Notes under the pieces: generated by a model
The model's input: only the letters and a program-made list of their open reading frames with translations
What the model was told of the DNA's origin: nothing
Databases searched by the model: none
Position numbers and translations under genes: made by a program
Virus record (IMG/VR): IMGVR_UViG_3300013458_000001
Location: 1-43,992 of that record
DNA length: 43,992 nt
From: a virus
Strand: one strand, 5' to 3'
Shown here: piece by piece, positions 7,912 to 18,383 of the stretch
Layout of the letters: the number at the start of each line of letters is the position of its first letter
Position numbering within the stretch: the stretch's first letter is position 1

Positions 7912-9348
7912 GTGATTAGCATTAACTGGCCATGGGATAAACCATATCACGAACAAGTGGTAGAACAAATTAAACCGAAGTATGAAACGCAAGAAGAAAT
8001 GATATTGCGCTTAGTTAGAGAACATAAAGAGAACATAGACAATATCACAATGGGCGAAAGATATTATAATCATCATCCAGATATACTAGACGCTCCTTTC
8101 AAAAGAGATGTGAACGGCGACTATGACGAAACCAAACCAGATTGGCGCATGTATACTAACTACCATCAAAACTTAGTAGACCAGAAAGTAGCTTATGCAG
8201 TAGCTAATCCAGTGACATTTGGTGTAGATAACGACAAAGCGTTAAAGCAAATACAACATACACTTAATCACAAGTGGGATGACAAGTTAGTGGATATATT
8301 AACTGCTGCAAGCAATAAAGGTATCGAATGGGTTCAACCTTATGTAGATGAAGAGGGAGAATTTAAAACGTTTCGTGTGCCTGCTGAACAAGCTATCCCT
8401 ATTTGGACTAATAAAGAAAGAGATGAACTACAAGCATTTATCCGTGTGTATGAATTAGACGGAGCAGAACGCGTTGAGTATTGGACAAAAGATGATGTGA
8501 CATTCTATGAGTTGAAAGAGGGACAACTTATTCCTGATTTCTATCGTAGTGATGATCATATACAGCCTCATTATTATCAAGGTAATAAATTGATGAGTTG
8601 GGGGCGTGTTCCTTTTATTCCGTTCAAGAACAACCCGCAAGAAGTATCTGACTTATTCATGTACAAAACAATCATAGATGCGTTAGATAAGCGATTATCA
8701 GATACACAAAACACTTTTGACGAATCAGTAGAGTTAATCTATATCTTAAAAGGTTATGAAGGCGAAGATATGAAAGACTTCATGCATAACCTTAAATACT
8801 ATAAAGCGATTAGTGTTGCAGGGGAAAGTGGCTCCGGTGTAGATACTATCAAAGTAGAAGTTCCTATCGACTCTGTTAAGGAATACACGAAGATGTTACG
8901 TGATTACATTATAGAGTTTGGGCAAGGTGTAGACTTCCAACAAGATAAGTTTGGTAATAGTCCTAGTGGTATAGCGCTCAAGTTTATGTACAGTAACTTA
9001 GACTTAAAAGCTAATAAATTGAAGAATAAAACGCTTACTGCATTACAAGAGCTATTACAATACATTATCGACTTCTACAGATTGGATGTGAAAGTGCAAG
9101 ACATCGAGATTACATTCAACTTCAATGTAATGGTAAATGAGTTAGAGAACTCTCAAATCGCTATGAATTCCACAGGGTTATTATCTAAAGAAACTATTCT
9201 TTCTAATCATTCTTGGGTTGAAGATCCTGTAGCTGAAATGGAGAGAATAGAACAAGAAAACATAGAACTCAATCAACAACTCCCTGACATTGAGGAGGGA
9301 TTGAATGGCGAACAACAAAGACAATCCGAAGATAACCAATCAGAATGA
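7912..9348 (+). CDS. Portal protein (SPP1 gp6-like)
   Basis: 478 aa, located directly after terL. The start codon is uncertain (GTG at 7912 has a poorly spaced SD). Confidence 0.85.
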   Translation: MISINWPWDKPYHEQVVEQIKPKYETQEEMILRLVREHKENIDNITMGERYYNHHPDILDAPFKRDVNGDYDETKPDWRMYTNYHQNLVDQKVAYAVANPVTFGVDNDKALKQIQHTLNHKWDDKLVDILTAASNKGIEWVQPYVDEEGEFKTFRVPAEQAIPIWTNKERDELQAFIRVYELDGAERVEYWTKDDVTFYELKEGQLIPDFYRSDDHIQPHYYQGNKLMSWGRVPFIPFKNNPQEVSDLFMYKTIIDALDKRLSDTQNTFDESVELIYILKGYEGEDMKDFMHNLKYYKAISVAGESGSGVDTIKVEVPIDSVKEYTKMLRDYIIEFGQGVDFQQDKFGNSPSGIALKFMYSNLDLKANKLKNKTLTALQELLQYIIDFYRLDVKVQDIEITFNFNVMVNELENSQIAMNSTGLLSKETILSNHSWVEDPVAEMERIEQENIELNQQLPDIEEGLNGEQQRQSEDNQSE

Positions 9349-10258
9349 CATAGATAACTACATCGATAAACTGGTTAATCGAGCAGAGAGAGAAATAGAA
9401 ACTCTATTCGCTAAACGTTTGAAAGAAATTAAACAGATTATTGCGAATATGTATGAAAAATACGATAGAGATGAACCGCAAGTAACATGGACTGAATTCA
9501 ATAAATACAACAGGCTCAACAAAGAACTTAATCGTATAGGTCAAATGTTGTCACAAGACTACAGAGAAGTCGCTAAGGCTATCAAACAGTCGCAACAGAA
9601 CATCTATATCGAAAAGTACATGATGAGCCTATTTTTGTATGAAGTAGCAAGTCAAACGTCTATGAACTTTGATATACCAAATACACAAACGATACAGACA
9701 GCAATAGAACAACCTATTGAGTTTATCAAGTTAGTACCTACACTACAGAAACATCGCGATGATACATTAAAGCGTATTCGTACACACATAACACAAGGCA
9801 TTATGAGTGGTGAAGGATATTCTAAGATAGCTAAAGCATTAAGAAATGATTTAGGCATGTCAAAAGCTCAATCAGTGCGTGTAGCTAGAACAGAAACAGG
9901 GCGTGCATTGTCACAAGCTGGATTAGATAGTGCGATGGTAGCTAAAGAAAACGGACTTGATATGAAAAAACGTTGGTATGCTACTAAAGATACACGCACA
10001 CGTGATACACACAGACACTTAGACGGCACTTCAGTAGATATTGAAGATAACTTTCATTCTAGTGGTTGTGTAGGACCTGCACCTAAGTTGTTTGTAGGTG
10101 TAGCTAGTGCAAAAGAGAACATCAACTGTCGTTGTAAGTTGCTTTACTACATAGATGAAGATGAATTACCTACAACGATGAGAACTAAAAAAGATGGCGT
10201 AATACCTTTCACTAACTATAGAGAGTGGGAGAAAGAGAAAAGAAAAGGTGGTGCTTGA
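9305..10258 (+). CDS. Minor head / head morphogenesis protein (Mu F / SPP1 gp7-like)
   Basis: VRVARTETGRA...TKDTRTRDTHRHLDG motif, and position after the portal gene. Confidence 0.85.
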   Translation: MANNKDNPKITNQNDIDNYIDKLVNRAEREIETLFAKRLKEIKQIIANMYEKYDRDEPQVTWTEFNKYNRLNKELNRIGQMLSQDYREVAKAIKQSQQNIYIEKYMMSLFLYEVASQTSMNFDIPNTQTIQTAIEQPIEFIKLVPTLQKHRDDTLKRIRTHITQGIMSGEGYSKIAKALRNDLGMSKAQSVRVARTETGRALSQAGLDSAMVAKENGLDMKKRWYATKDTRTRDTHRHLDGTSVDIEDNFHSSGCVGPAPKLFVGVASAKENINCRCKLLYYIDEDELPTTMRTKKDGVIPFTNYREWEKEKRKGGA

Positions 10259-10260
10259 TT

Positions 10261-10467
10261 ATGGAGTTTAATGTGAAGGTTAATGTTGATGCTGATGATG
10301 CAATTGAGAAATTAGAACGTATCAAACAACTATACGAAGAAATTAATCAATTAAAGAATGATAGACCAGTTGTAAAGGTAGGAATAAGCAATGAAGCTGA
10401 TACAGAAATAATTAGAAGTTATATTAATGAGAAAAATGCTGAAAATGCAAACTTTAACTTGTTTTAA
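10261..10467 (+). CDS. Hypothetical head-module protein (68 aa)
   Basis: ATG at 10261 just after the upstream stop. The track ORF starts at 10225, inside the previous gene. Confidence 0.55.
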   Translation: MEFNVKVNVDADDAIEKLERIKQLYEEINQLKNDRPVVKVGISNEADTEIIRSYINEKNAENANFNLF

Positions 10468-10572
10468 CGGTTAGTAACCTACTACTCGACCTGAAGTAAG
10501 TCGTTAAACTGCTTCTTTTATTTTAATCTTTCGTGTCGTAACACGTTAAAAACGTAAAAGGAGTAGTTAAAT

Positions 10573-11166
10573 ATGGACTTATACGCATTATTAGGGCAAT
10601 TTAAAGACGGTGAAATCGATAAACAGAAAGTGATTGATGCTATTGATGAATCGAAATCAGGTATGGTACCACGTTCTCGATTGAATGATAAGAACGCTGA
10701 AATCGATGAATTAAAAGCAGAGATTACTAACCGTGATGAACAAATTTCCAAGTTACAAGACTCTGTGAAAGATGATAGCGAGTTACAAAAAGAACTCGAC
10801 GAATTAAAAGATAAAAACGCAGAGTGGCAAGCTAAGTACCAAGAATCACAATTGAATAACGCTGTTAAGTTAGCTGTTGCGAAAGACGCAAACGACGCTG
10901 ACGACATTCTAGCTTTCATCAACAAAGATGAACTAGAACTACAAGATGACGGCAAAGTTAAAGGTTTAGATAAAGCGATTGAATCGTTAAAAGAGTCTAA
11001 GCCTTATTTATTTGCTGAAAGTAAACCAAGTGGACGCACACCAGATGACGGTAAAAACGTAAATGGTGGGATTACACAAGAAGAATTTAACAATATGAGT
11101 GTCGCAGAGAGAACTAATCTATTCGTTAATGATAGAAAAACTTACGACGCTCTAATAAACAATTAG
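10573..11166 (+). CDS. Scaffolding protein
   Basis: Acidic coiled-coil 197-aa protein with SD aaggag, immediately upstream of the capsid gene. Confidence 0.8.
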   Translation: MDLYALLGQFKDGEIDKQKVIDAIDESKSGMVPRSRLNDKNAEIDELKAEITNRDEQISKLQDSVKDDSELQKELDELKDKNAEWQAKYQESQLNNAVKLAVAKDANDADDILAFINKDELELQDDGKVKGLDKAIESLKESKPYLFAESKPSGRTPDDGKNVNGGITQEEFNNMSVAERTNLFVNDRKTYDALINN

Positions 11167-11183
11167 AAAAGAGGTTATAACAT

Positions 11184-12014
11184 ATGGCACAAGGAACAAC
11201 AACTAAAAGTACACAAATCGTTCCAGAAGTATTAAAACCTATGATGCAAGCAGAATTAGATAAGAAATTGAGATTTGCACAATTTGCAGACATTGACAGT
11301 ACATTAGTAGGACAACCAGGCGACACTTTAACTTTCCCTGCATTTGTTTACAGTGGTGACGCTACAGTAGTACCTGAAGGACAAAAAATTCCTGTAGACA
11401 AAATTGAAACTAACAGACGTGAAGCTAAAATTCATAAAATCGGTAAAGGTACTGATATTACTGATGAAGCTTTATTATCTGGTTATGGTGACCCTCAAGG
11501 CGAAGCAGTACGTCAACATGGCTTAGCTATTGCTAACAAAGTAGATAACGACGTATTAGAAGCTTTACGAGGTACAAAATTAACGGTTAGTGGAGATATT
11601 GGTACATTAGCAGGTTTAGAAGCTGCAATTGACACATTCGATGATGAAGATTTAGAACCAATGGTATTATTCATTAATCCTAAAGACGCTGGTAAATTAC
11701 GTTCTAGCGCTTCAGATAACTTCACTCGCGCTACTGAATTAGGCGATAACATTATCGTTAAAGGTGCATTTGGCGAAGCGTTAGGTGCTATCATTGTACG
11801 TTCTAAGAAATTAGATGAGGGCGAAGCTATTTTAGCTAAACGTGGTGCAGTTAAATTAATCACTAAACGTGATTTCTTCTTAGAAACTGACCGTGATCCT
11901 TCAACTAAAACAACTGCTTTATACAGTGATAAACACTATGTAGCGTACTTATATGACGAATCTAAAGCAGTTAAGGTTACTAAAGGCGCAGGAACTACAG
12001 ACTCAGGCGCATAA
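11184..12014 (+). CDS. Major capsid protein
   Basis: 276 aa, with SD and position after the scaffold gene. High-expression-type codon composition. Family not determined. Confidence 0.8.
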   Translation: MAQGTTTKSTQIVPEVLKPMMQAELDKKLRFAQFADIDSTLVGQPGDTLTFPAFVYSGDATVVPEGQKIPVDKIETNRREAKIHKIGKGTDITDEALLSGYGDPQGEAVRQHGLAIANKVDNDVLEALRGTKLTVSGDIGTLAGLEAAIDTFDDEDLEPMVLFINPKDAGKLRSSASDNFTRATELGDNIIVKGAFGEALGAIIVRSKKLDEGEAILAKRGAVKLITKRDFFLETDRDPSTKTTALYSDKHYVAYLYDESKAVKVTKGAGTTDSGA

Positions 12015-12030
12015 AAGGAGGTAGTGACGT

Positions 12031-12321
12031 ATGTATAAAGTAATCGAATACTTCACAGACTTACAAGATGACAACTACGAATATAACGTTGGAGATACGT
12101 TCCCTCGTAAAGGTTTAAATGTAAGTGATGAACGATTAGCCGAACTATCCACAAAAGAGAACCGTCAAAACAAGTCCCTTATTGAGCGTGTAGAGAGTGA
12201 TAAAGACTTAAAAGGTATGAAAGTATCAGAATTAAGAGAACTCGCTAAAGAACGTGAAATAGAGGGCTTTTCTAGTATGAAAAAAGATGAACTCATTGAA
12301 GCATTAGGAAGTGTTGAGTAA
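12031..12321 (+). CDS. Rho_N/SAP-like domain protein (96 aa)
   Basis: The C-terminal MKVSELRELAKEREIEGFSSMKKDELIEAL matches the Rho N-terminal-like motif. Confidence 0.7.
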   Translation: MYKVIEYFTDLQDDNYEYNVGDTFPRKGLNVSDERLAELSTKENRQNKSLIERVESDKDLKGMKVSELRELAKEREIEGFSSMKKDELIEALGSVE

Positions 12322-12635
12322 TGAACGCACAAGACGTTAAATTATTAAACAATCTCTCACTCGATGATACTTCAAATGACGAAACAATCGAATTACTTAT
12401 TGAAAAGTATCTGAATGTAGCAGAAGAATATTGCAATCAAACATTCGATAGACAGTCATTACCTAGTAACGTAGAGAAATTCATTGCTAACTGTATCAAA
12501 CAAGGTACGACTAGCAATATTTCTTCACGTACTATGGGAACTGTAAGCTACACATTCGTTACTGATCTACCTAAAGAAACATACGGGTACCTTAAACCAT
12601 TTAGACGCTTACGTTGGACTGGTTATCATGTTTAA
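12321..12635 (+). CDS. Head-tail connector (gp6-like)
   Basis: Size and position. ATG overlaps the upstream stop. Confidence 0.65.
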   Translation: MNAQDVKLLNNLSLDDTSNDETIELLIEKYLNVAEEYCNQTFDRQSLPSNVEKFIANCIKQGTTSNISSRTMGTVSYTFVTDLPKETYGYLKPFRRLRWTGYHV

Positions 12636-12957
12636 TCCATTAAATGAGTTTCCTCATACAATCGAATTAGGTTCAAGAGAAGTTGTAGGAGAGTATCCAC
12701 GTGAACAAGAGCGCTTTAAGAGCGAAAAAACAATACAAGGCTTTATGGATACTCCCACTTCATCTGAACAACTCAAGTTTCATCAAATGAACCAATCATA
12801 CGACAGAAACCTATATACGCCGTACAGCCTGCCAATAACTAACAAAAACTTATTCAAATACAACGGTAAAACTTACGAAGTAGTAGGAGAACCTGTCGAC
12901 CAAGGCGGACAACAAGAAATCAATCTTACTCGGTTGAAAGAGTGTCCTATTGGCTAA
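12628..12957 (+). CDS. Head-tail adaptor / head closure protein
   Basis: Size and position in the connector module. Confidence 0.6.
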   Translation: MFNPLNEFPHTIELGSREVVGEYPREQERFKSEKTIQGFMDTPTSSEQLKFHQMNQSYDRNLYTPYSLPITNKNLFKYNGKTYEVVGEPVDQGGQQEINLTRLKECPIG

Positions 12958-13363
12958 GGTTAAATATGGCAATTGGGAATTAGTTAAGGAACTTGAGGAG
13001 TTCGAAAAAGAAACGATTAGATGGGCTAAAAAAGGTATAGCCAAGACAACAACAATTATTCACAATTCAATAGTTAGTAACATGCCTGTTGATACCGGTT
13101 ATCTTAGAGAAAGTGTTTCTATGGACTTTAAGAAGGGTGGATTAACAGGCGTTATTAATATTGGTAGTGAGTATGCAGTGTACGTCAACTACGGTACAGG
13201 GATATACGCAGTCGGTCCAGGTGGTAGTCGTGCAAAGAATATCCCGTGGCGTTACAAAGACGCAGACGGACATTGGCACACAACTAAAGGGCAACATGCA
13301 CAACCCTTTTGGGAACCAGCAATTGATGAAGGTAGAGCGTTTTTCAATAAGTATTTTTCATAA
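12950..13363 (+). CDS. HK97 gp10-like tail component
   Basis: NMPVDTGYLRESV motif, plus position. Confidence 0.7.
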   Translation: MAKVKYGNWELVKELEEFEKETIRWAKKGIAKTTTIIHNSIVSNMPVDTGYLRESVSMDFKKGGLTGVINIGSEYAVYVNYGTGIYAVGPGGSRAKNIPWRYKDADGHWHTTKGQHAQPFWEPAIDEGRAFFNKYFS

Positions 13364-13375
13364 GGTGGTTAAGAT

Positions 13376-13813
13376 ATGTGGGTATCAGTAGAACGGTATC
13401 TGTTTAACAAGATATATAACAAATTAAAGAGCAACCCTATCGTCAGTAAACAACTAGGCGGTAGGGTTTTTGATTGCGTTCAAAAAGACGCTGTTTACCC
13501 ATATATCGTTGTGGGTGAAACAAACGTCACTAATAAAGAAACGACAACGAGTATGTTTGAAGATGTAGGCGTAACCTTACACGTGTATAGTCAAGCGAGA
13601 AATCGTGATGAAGCAGCGCAAATCATTCAGTTTTTAGGCCATGTACTTAATACTGAATTTGAAATCGAACATTACTCATTCATTAAAAGTCGGATTGATA
13701 CACAAGAAGTGATAACTGACATAGATCAGTACACGAAACACGGTATCATCCGGCTTGTTTTTAAATACAGACACAATACTTTACAAAGGAGTGTAACGAA
13801 TGGCGCAGAATAA
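13376..13813 (+). CDS. Tail terminator / tail completion protein (DUF3168-like)
   Basis: Position immediately upstream of the major tail gene, and size. Confidence 0.6.
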   Translation: MWVSVERYLFNKIYNKLKSNPIVSKQLGGRVFDCVQKDAVYPYIVVGETNVTNKETTTSMFEDVGVTLHVYSQARNRDEAAQIIQFLGHVLNTEFEIEHYSFIKSRIDTQEVITDIDQYTKHGIIRLVFKYRHNTLQRSVTNGAE

Positions 13814-14339
13814 ATACATTGCAGCGTTACAAATCGCTGACAAAGATTTAGCAAGTCAGTTAAAAGAAGAAGATGCTATTCTGTTAGCTAGTTTAGCTGA
13901 AGGTGGACACACAATCAGTAATGATTTAGCTGAAATGATTACAGGTGGCAAAAAAGACTATGGTCGTAACTCTGTAGAAGAAGAAATCAAGTTAACTGTT
14001 GACCGTGTACCTGGCGACAAAGGTCAAGAAGCTTTAAAAGAGTCAGTTAAAAACTTCAAGCAGTTACGTTTATGGATTTGGGAAGTTAAGAAACGTGACG
14101 GTAAACATCACGGTACTTTCGCTTATGTAATTGTAGAAGAGCACGAATGGTCATTTGATGATGAGGATGACAAAATCGAAATCACTGCAAAAGTTAAATT
14201 TAACAGTGCAGACGGTTCTGTTGATTCATTACCACCAGAATGGCTCAATCCTAGTGCTGCCGCTCCTACAGTTGAATGGGAAGATATGGGAGCTTATACA
14301 GACTCATACGAAAACCGTACACCTAGTGCTGGTGCATAA
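13800..14339 (+). CDS. Major tail protein
   Basis: 179 aa, SD aaggag, followed by a strong terminator and the chaperone pair. Confidence 0.8.
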   Translation: MAQNKYIAALQIADKDLASQLKEEDAILLASLAEGGHTISNDLAEMITGGKKDYGRNSVEEEIKLTVDRVPGDKGQEALKESVKNFKQLRLWIWEVKKRDGKHHGTFAYVIVEEHEWSFDDEDDKIEITAKVKFNSADGSVDSLPPEWLNPSAAAPTVEWEDMGAYTDSYENRTPSAGA

Positions 14340-14346
14340 GTTTTAC

Positions 14347-14372
14347 GAGGGCATTAAGCCCTCTATTTTTTT
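14347..14372 (+). terminator. Intrinsic terminator after the major tail gene
   Basis: gagggc-attaa-gccctc followed by tattttttt. Confidence 0.8.
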
Positions 14373-14401
14373 GTACAAAATAACAGAAAGAGGTTAAAAA
14401 A

Positions 14402-14896
14402 ATGACTGAAAATACATTCAATCCTATTACTGAATTAGAAATCAACGGAGAAGAAGTCGAAGCTAAAGCGACTTTTTTATTCGATAAAGCGGCTAAGAAA
14501 TTTGCTAAAGATGAGCAAGACGAAAATGGTAAAACAACTAAAGTGTCTGGTTTTAATGCTATTTATAATGGCATTTTAGAACGTGATCCAATTGCAATTG
14601 CAGACTTTTGGGAATGTGCAACGGCTTATTTAGGTAAAAATGCACCTAAACGTGAAGATATCGAACAAACACTAATGGAAATTATTGATGAAAAACAAGA
14701 CTCTATCGAATTATTACAAGGTGCATTGCAAGTATTAAATCATAGTGGTTTTTTCAAGCAGAAATCACGTCTATTCTGGACACAAATGAACTCAGCACCA
14801 TCTATGGTCAAAGAAGAAGAGAAAGAGTCTACGAAGAACGGTATCGAGTTCATGAAGAACAATTACAAAGAAATCATGGGCGAGCTACCGTACTAG
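14402..14896 (+). CDS. Tail assembly chaperone (gpG-like)
   Basis: 164 aa, directly upstream of the tape measure gene. Contains a slippery heptamer. Confidence 0.8.
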   Translation: MTENTFNPITELEINGEEVEAKATFLFDKAAKKFAKDEQDENGKTTKVSGFNAIYNGILERDPIAIADFWECATAYLGKNAPKREDIEQTLMEIIDEKQDSIELLQGALQVLNHSGFFKQKSRLFWTQMNSAPSMVKEEEKESTKNGIEFMKNNYKEIMGELPY

Positions 14897-15261
14897 ATTA
14901 TTCAGAAATACGGCAGATAACCAGTCAATACATAGGCTATCTCCCTTATGATGAATTAATGAGTTTAACGCCTAATGAATGGAAAGACTGGGTTATCGGT
15001 CGCAGATTGGCGTTACTTGATGAACAAGAAAATTTATTGTTTGGTGCTCAAGCTAATAGTATTGCACAAGCTGGTAAGTCGTTAAAAGGACTGCAAAAAA
15101 AGTTAGAACGTGAAAGATATGAAGTGCGTGGACAATCAGAAGAATACGAACGTATGAAAGAACGTAAGTTAGCACAGAACAAACGAAACAGAGCAGTTCA
15201 GAAACAAGGTACACGACGCTTTATGAATTCATTACGTAATACTAGTCAAAGAGGAGGTTAG
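14402..15261 (+). CDS. Tail assembly chaperone frameshift fusion (gpGT-like), -1 shift at 14749-14755
   Basis: The -1 frame is open from 14746 to 15261 and contains track ORF 14959-15261. After the slip, reading resumes at 14755 (QAEITSILD...). Confidence 0.75.
14749..14755 (+). promoter_or_regulatory. Slippery heptamer T TTT TTC for a -1 programmed frameshift
   Basis: Zero-frame codons are ggT TTT TTC (G F F). This fits the canonical X XXY YYZ pattern. Confidence 0.75.
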
Positions 15262-15263
15262 CC

Positions 15264-18200
15264 ATGAATAAAAACTTTATGGCTCGTATATCGGCGATCA
15301 TTACAGATTTCCAACGGAATATCAGAAAAGCTCAACGTATGGCAAAAACTGAAATACCCGATGAAATCGAAACACAAGTCGACGCCAACATAAGTAAATT
15401 TAAACGAGCCTTAAATACTGCTAAAGCAATGGCTCAACGTTGGCGTGGACACACCGTTGAAATAGACGGTAACAACAACCCTATCAAACGAGCAATTGCA
15501 GTAGTTAGAGAAAAACTACAACAGTTAAGAGATAAAGAAGTAGACATCAAAGGGAATAACAATCCCTTAAAACGTTCAGTATTAGGTGCTAAGGCTATGT
15601 TGGCAACCTTACATGATAAAACAGTAAAAGTTAACTTTGATACAAGGGGAATGACAAGAGCTCAAGTATTAACTAGAGCTTTAAGTCAGTCTTTAGATGA
15701 ATACGGCGACAAAATGGATAGATTAGCTACTCGTATTCGTACATTTGGTACTGTGTTTGGACAACAAATCAAAGGTGTGCTAATCGCTAGTTTTCAAGGT
15801 CTTATTCCTATTATAGCTGGTTTAGTACCCGCCATCATGGCAGTAGCTAACGCATTAGGCGTAGTTGCTGGTGGTGCCTTAGGTGTAGCTGGTGCATTTG
15901 GTATTGCTGCAAGTGGTGCATTTGCATTTGGTGCTATGGCAGTAAGTGCAATTAAAATGTTGAACGATGGAACATTACAAGCTACTGCGCAAACAAGAAG
16001 ATACCAAGCGTCTTTAGAACAAGTTAAATCAACATGGGAAGGCATTATCAAACAAAATCAAGCTCAAATATTCAATACGTTATCTAACGCTTTAGATACT
16101 GTTAACGTAGCTTTAGGACGTATGAAACCATTCTTAGCAGGTATCTCTAAAGGAATGGAACAAGCGTCACAGAGCGTCTTAAAATGGGCTCAAAACAGTC
16201 AAACTGCGAGTAAGTTCTTTAACATGATGAATACTACAGGTGTTAAGACATTCAACACATTATTAAGTGCTGCAGGACGTTTTGGTGATGGACTTATAAA
16301 TGTGTTTACACAGTTAGGTCCATTATTCTTATGGACTGCTAAAGGTTTAGATAATTTAGGTAAGAAGTTCCAAAACTGGGCTAACAGTGTAGCAGGTCAA
16401 AATGCTATTAAATCATTTATTGAATACACGCAGACTAATTTACCTAAAATAGGCCAAATATTTGGCAATGTATTCATGGGTATTGGCAACTTGATGAAAG
16501 CATTTGCTCAAAACAGTTCTAATATCTTTGATTGGTTAGTTAAAATGACTGCTAAATTTAGGGAATGGTCTGAACAAGTTGGTAAGTCAGAGGGCTTTAA
16601 AAAGTTTGTTCAGTATGTACAAGAAAATGGACCGGTTATTATGGATCTGATTGGTAATATCGTAAGAGTGTTGGTTGCTTTTGGTACTGCTATGGCACCA
16701 ATAGCAAGTGTGATATTAAAAGTAGTAACAGCGTTAGCTGGTTTCATCGCTAAGTTGTTCGAAACACACCCGGCTATAGCACGAATGGTTGGTATAGGTA
16801 TGATACTCGGTGGTATGTTATGGGCTTTATTAGCTCCAATCATCGCAGTAAGTACAGTGTTATCTAATGTGTTTGGTGTAGGTTTAATCCAAGCTATCGG
16901 TAAAATGTTAGCTTTTGCTAGAAACACTCAAATACTTAGAAGTGCATTAAATTTAGTAAAAATAGCTTTCAGACTCCTTATGAGCCCTATTAGTACAATT
17001 ATGCGTATCTTACCTATGTTAAGTGGTGCTTTCCAAGCATTAGGTGTAGCTATAGGTGCGATTTCATGGCCTGTATTAGCTATTATAGGCGTTATTGTCG
17101 CTTTAATAGGTATTATTGTTTGGTTATGGAAAACAAACGAGAATTTCAGAAAAACTTGCATTGAAGCTTGGAACACGATTAAAGATACGATAATGAACGC
17201 TGTAAAATCAGTGATTAACTGGTTTAATCAGTTCAGAGCGTCTATACAACAAACATTACAACCTATTATTCCTATCTTACAAATGTTAGGACAAGTTGCA
17301 AACCAAGTTTTTGGTTTCTTATTCATCAGTCTTATTAACGGTGTAGTAATGGCTTTCCAATATCTATGGACTATCGTTTCAGTAGTATTCACTGCGATAG
17401 GTGGAATTCTACAAGCTGCGTCACAATTATTCATTGGATTAGCTACAGCGTGGATACAACTACTGTCAGGCGATATACCTGGAGCGTGGCTGACATTACA
17501 AACTATGACACAAAACGTTATGAATACTATTTGGAATACCATATTGTCAATCTGGAGCCAAATTTCTAACTTCATATTCAATATTTTAAATAGAATACTC
17601 GGCACTAATATTACAAGTTGGAACCAAATTTGGTCTGTGATTTCGGGTGCAGTTACTAGAATATGGAATACTGTAGCAAGTTGGTTTTCACGTGTAGTTT
17701 CAACTGTTGCTCAAAAAATGATGCAAGCACTAAGTCGTATCATTTCTGGTGGTGCACAATGGGTTTCAAGTATCATTTCTGCGATGGTCAGATTTGTTCA
17801 AGGCGTAGTTAGTGGTTTTGTAAGAGTTGTAGCTCAAGTGGCTTCTGGTATGAGTAGAGCTGTTTCCAAAGTCAGAAGTTTCTTCGGACAAATGGTATCT
17901 GCAGGATTGCACATTGCTTCAGGTATTGCACGAGGTATTGCAAACGGTGCAAGTAGAGTCATAAATGCTGCTGCAAATATTGCTAAAAAAGCTGTTAGTG
18001 CAGCTAAAAACGTACTAGGTATTCATTCACCTTCACGTGTATTCAGAGGTATAGGTGGATACATTTCTCAAGGTTTAGGTATTGGTATTATGGAACAAAG
18101 CAATAGTGCTATTAATGCCAGTCGTCGTTTGGCAAAAGATGTAACTAACGCATTTAGCCCCGATTTAAACACTGATCTAACATCAGACTTAACAGGTGGA

Positions 18201-18368
18201 TTAGATAGTGATGTTAATGCTCATATGAGCAAAGATGTACGTCATAGTATGCAAGAGAACAACAAGCCTATCGTTAACGTGACTGTTCGCAATGAGTCAG
18301 ATATACCGGCTATTAAATCTTACATTGAAGATTCCAACTCAAAAGACGCAAGTTTCGGATTATTTTAA
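15264..18368 (+). CDS. Tape measure protein (1034 aa)
   Basis: Length, central hydrophobic/glycine-rich core, and position after the G/GT genes. SD gaggagg. Confidence 0.9.
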   Translation: MNKNFMARISAIITDFQRNIRKAQRMAKTEIPDEIETQVDANISKFKRALNTAKAMAQRWRGHTVEIDGNNNPIKRAIAVVREKLQQLRDKEVDIKGNNNPLKRSVLGAKAMLATLHDKTVKVNFDTRGMTRAQVLTRALSQSLDEYGDKMDRLATRIRTFGTVFGQQIKGVLIASFQGLIPIIAGLVPAIMAVANALGVVAGGALGVAGAFGIAASGAFAFGAMAVSAIKMLNDGTLQATAQTRRYQASLEQVKSTWEGIIKQNQAQIFNTLSNALDTVNVALGRMKPFLAGISKGMEQASQSVLKWAQNSQTASKFFNMMNTTGVKTFNTLLSAAGRFGDGLINVFTQLGPLFLWTAKGLDNLGKKFQNWANSVAGQNAIKSFIEYTQTNLPKIGQIFGNVFMGIGNLMKAFAQNSSNIFDWLVKMTAKFREWSEQVGKSEGFKKFVQYVQENGPVIMDLIGNIVRVLVAFGTAMAPIASVILKVVTALAGFIAKLFETHPAIARMVGIGMILGGMLWALLAPIIAVSTVLSNVFGVGLIQAIGKMLAFARNTQILRSALNLVKIAFRLLMSPISTIMRILPMLSGAFQALGVAIGAISWPVLAIIGVIVALIGIIVWLWKTNENFRKTCIEAWNTIKDTIMNAVKSVINWFNQFRASIQQTLQPIIPILQMLGQVANQVFGFLFISLINGVVMAFQYLWTIVSVVFTAIGGILQAASQLFIGLATAWIQLLSGDIPGAWLTLQTMTQNVMNTIWNTILSIWSQISNFIFNILNRILGTNITSWNQIWSVISGAVTRIWNTVASWFSRVVSTVAQKMMQALSRIISGGAQWVSSIISAMVRFVQGVVSGFVRVVAQVASGMSRAVSKVRSFFGQMVSAGLHIASGIARGIANGASRVINAAANIAKKAVSAAKNVLGIHSPSRVFRGIGGYISQGLGIGIMEQSNSAINASRRLAKDVTNAFSPDLNTDLTSDLTGGLDSDVNAHMSKDVRHSMQENNKPIVNVTVRNESDIPAIKSYIEDSNSKDASFGLF

Positions 18369-18383
18369 AGGAGTGATTGTTAA

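Noticed and set aside
10518-10955. 145-aa Ser-rich - strand ORF.
   Set aside because: It is the mirror image of the Glu/Lys/Asp-rich scaffolding gene, a typical antisense artefact.
13161-13391. 76-aa alternate-frame ORF inside the HK97 gp10-like gene.
   Set aside because: It is fully overlapped by a motif-bearing gene. It has no SD and odd composition.
14155-14397. + strand alternate-frame ORF overlapping the end of the major tail gene; considered as a frameshift extension like SPP1 gp17.1*.
   Set aside because: It extends only about 19 codons past the major tail stop and runs through the terminator hairpin. No slippery site was found and no domain-sized extension is possible.
15794-17605. 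Several 80-125-aa ORFs on the - strand inside the tape measure gene (15794-16051, 16610-16927, 16928-17176, 17228-17605), plus + strand 17366-17569.
   Set aside because: They are antisense or alternate-frame shadows of an Ala/Gly/Ile/Val-rich gene. They have no SD sequences and low-complexity translations, and the tape measure ORF is continuous over the whole region.
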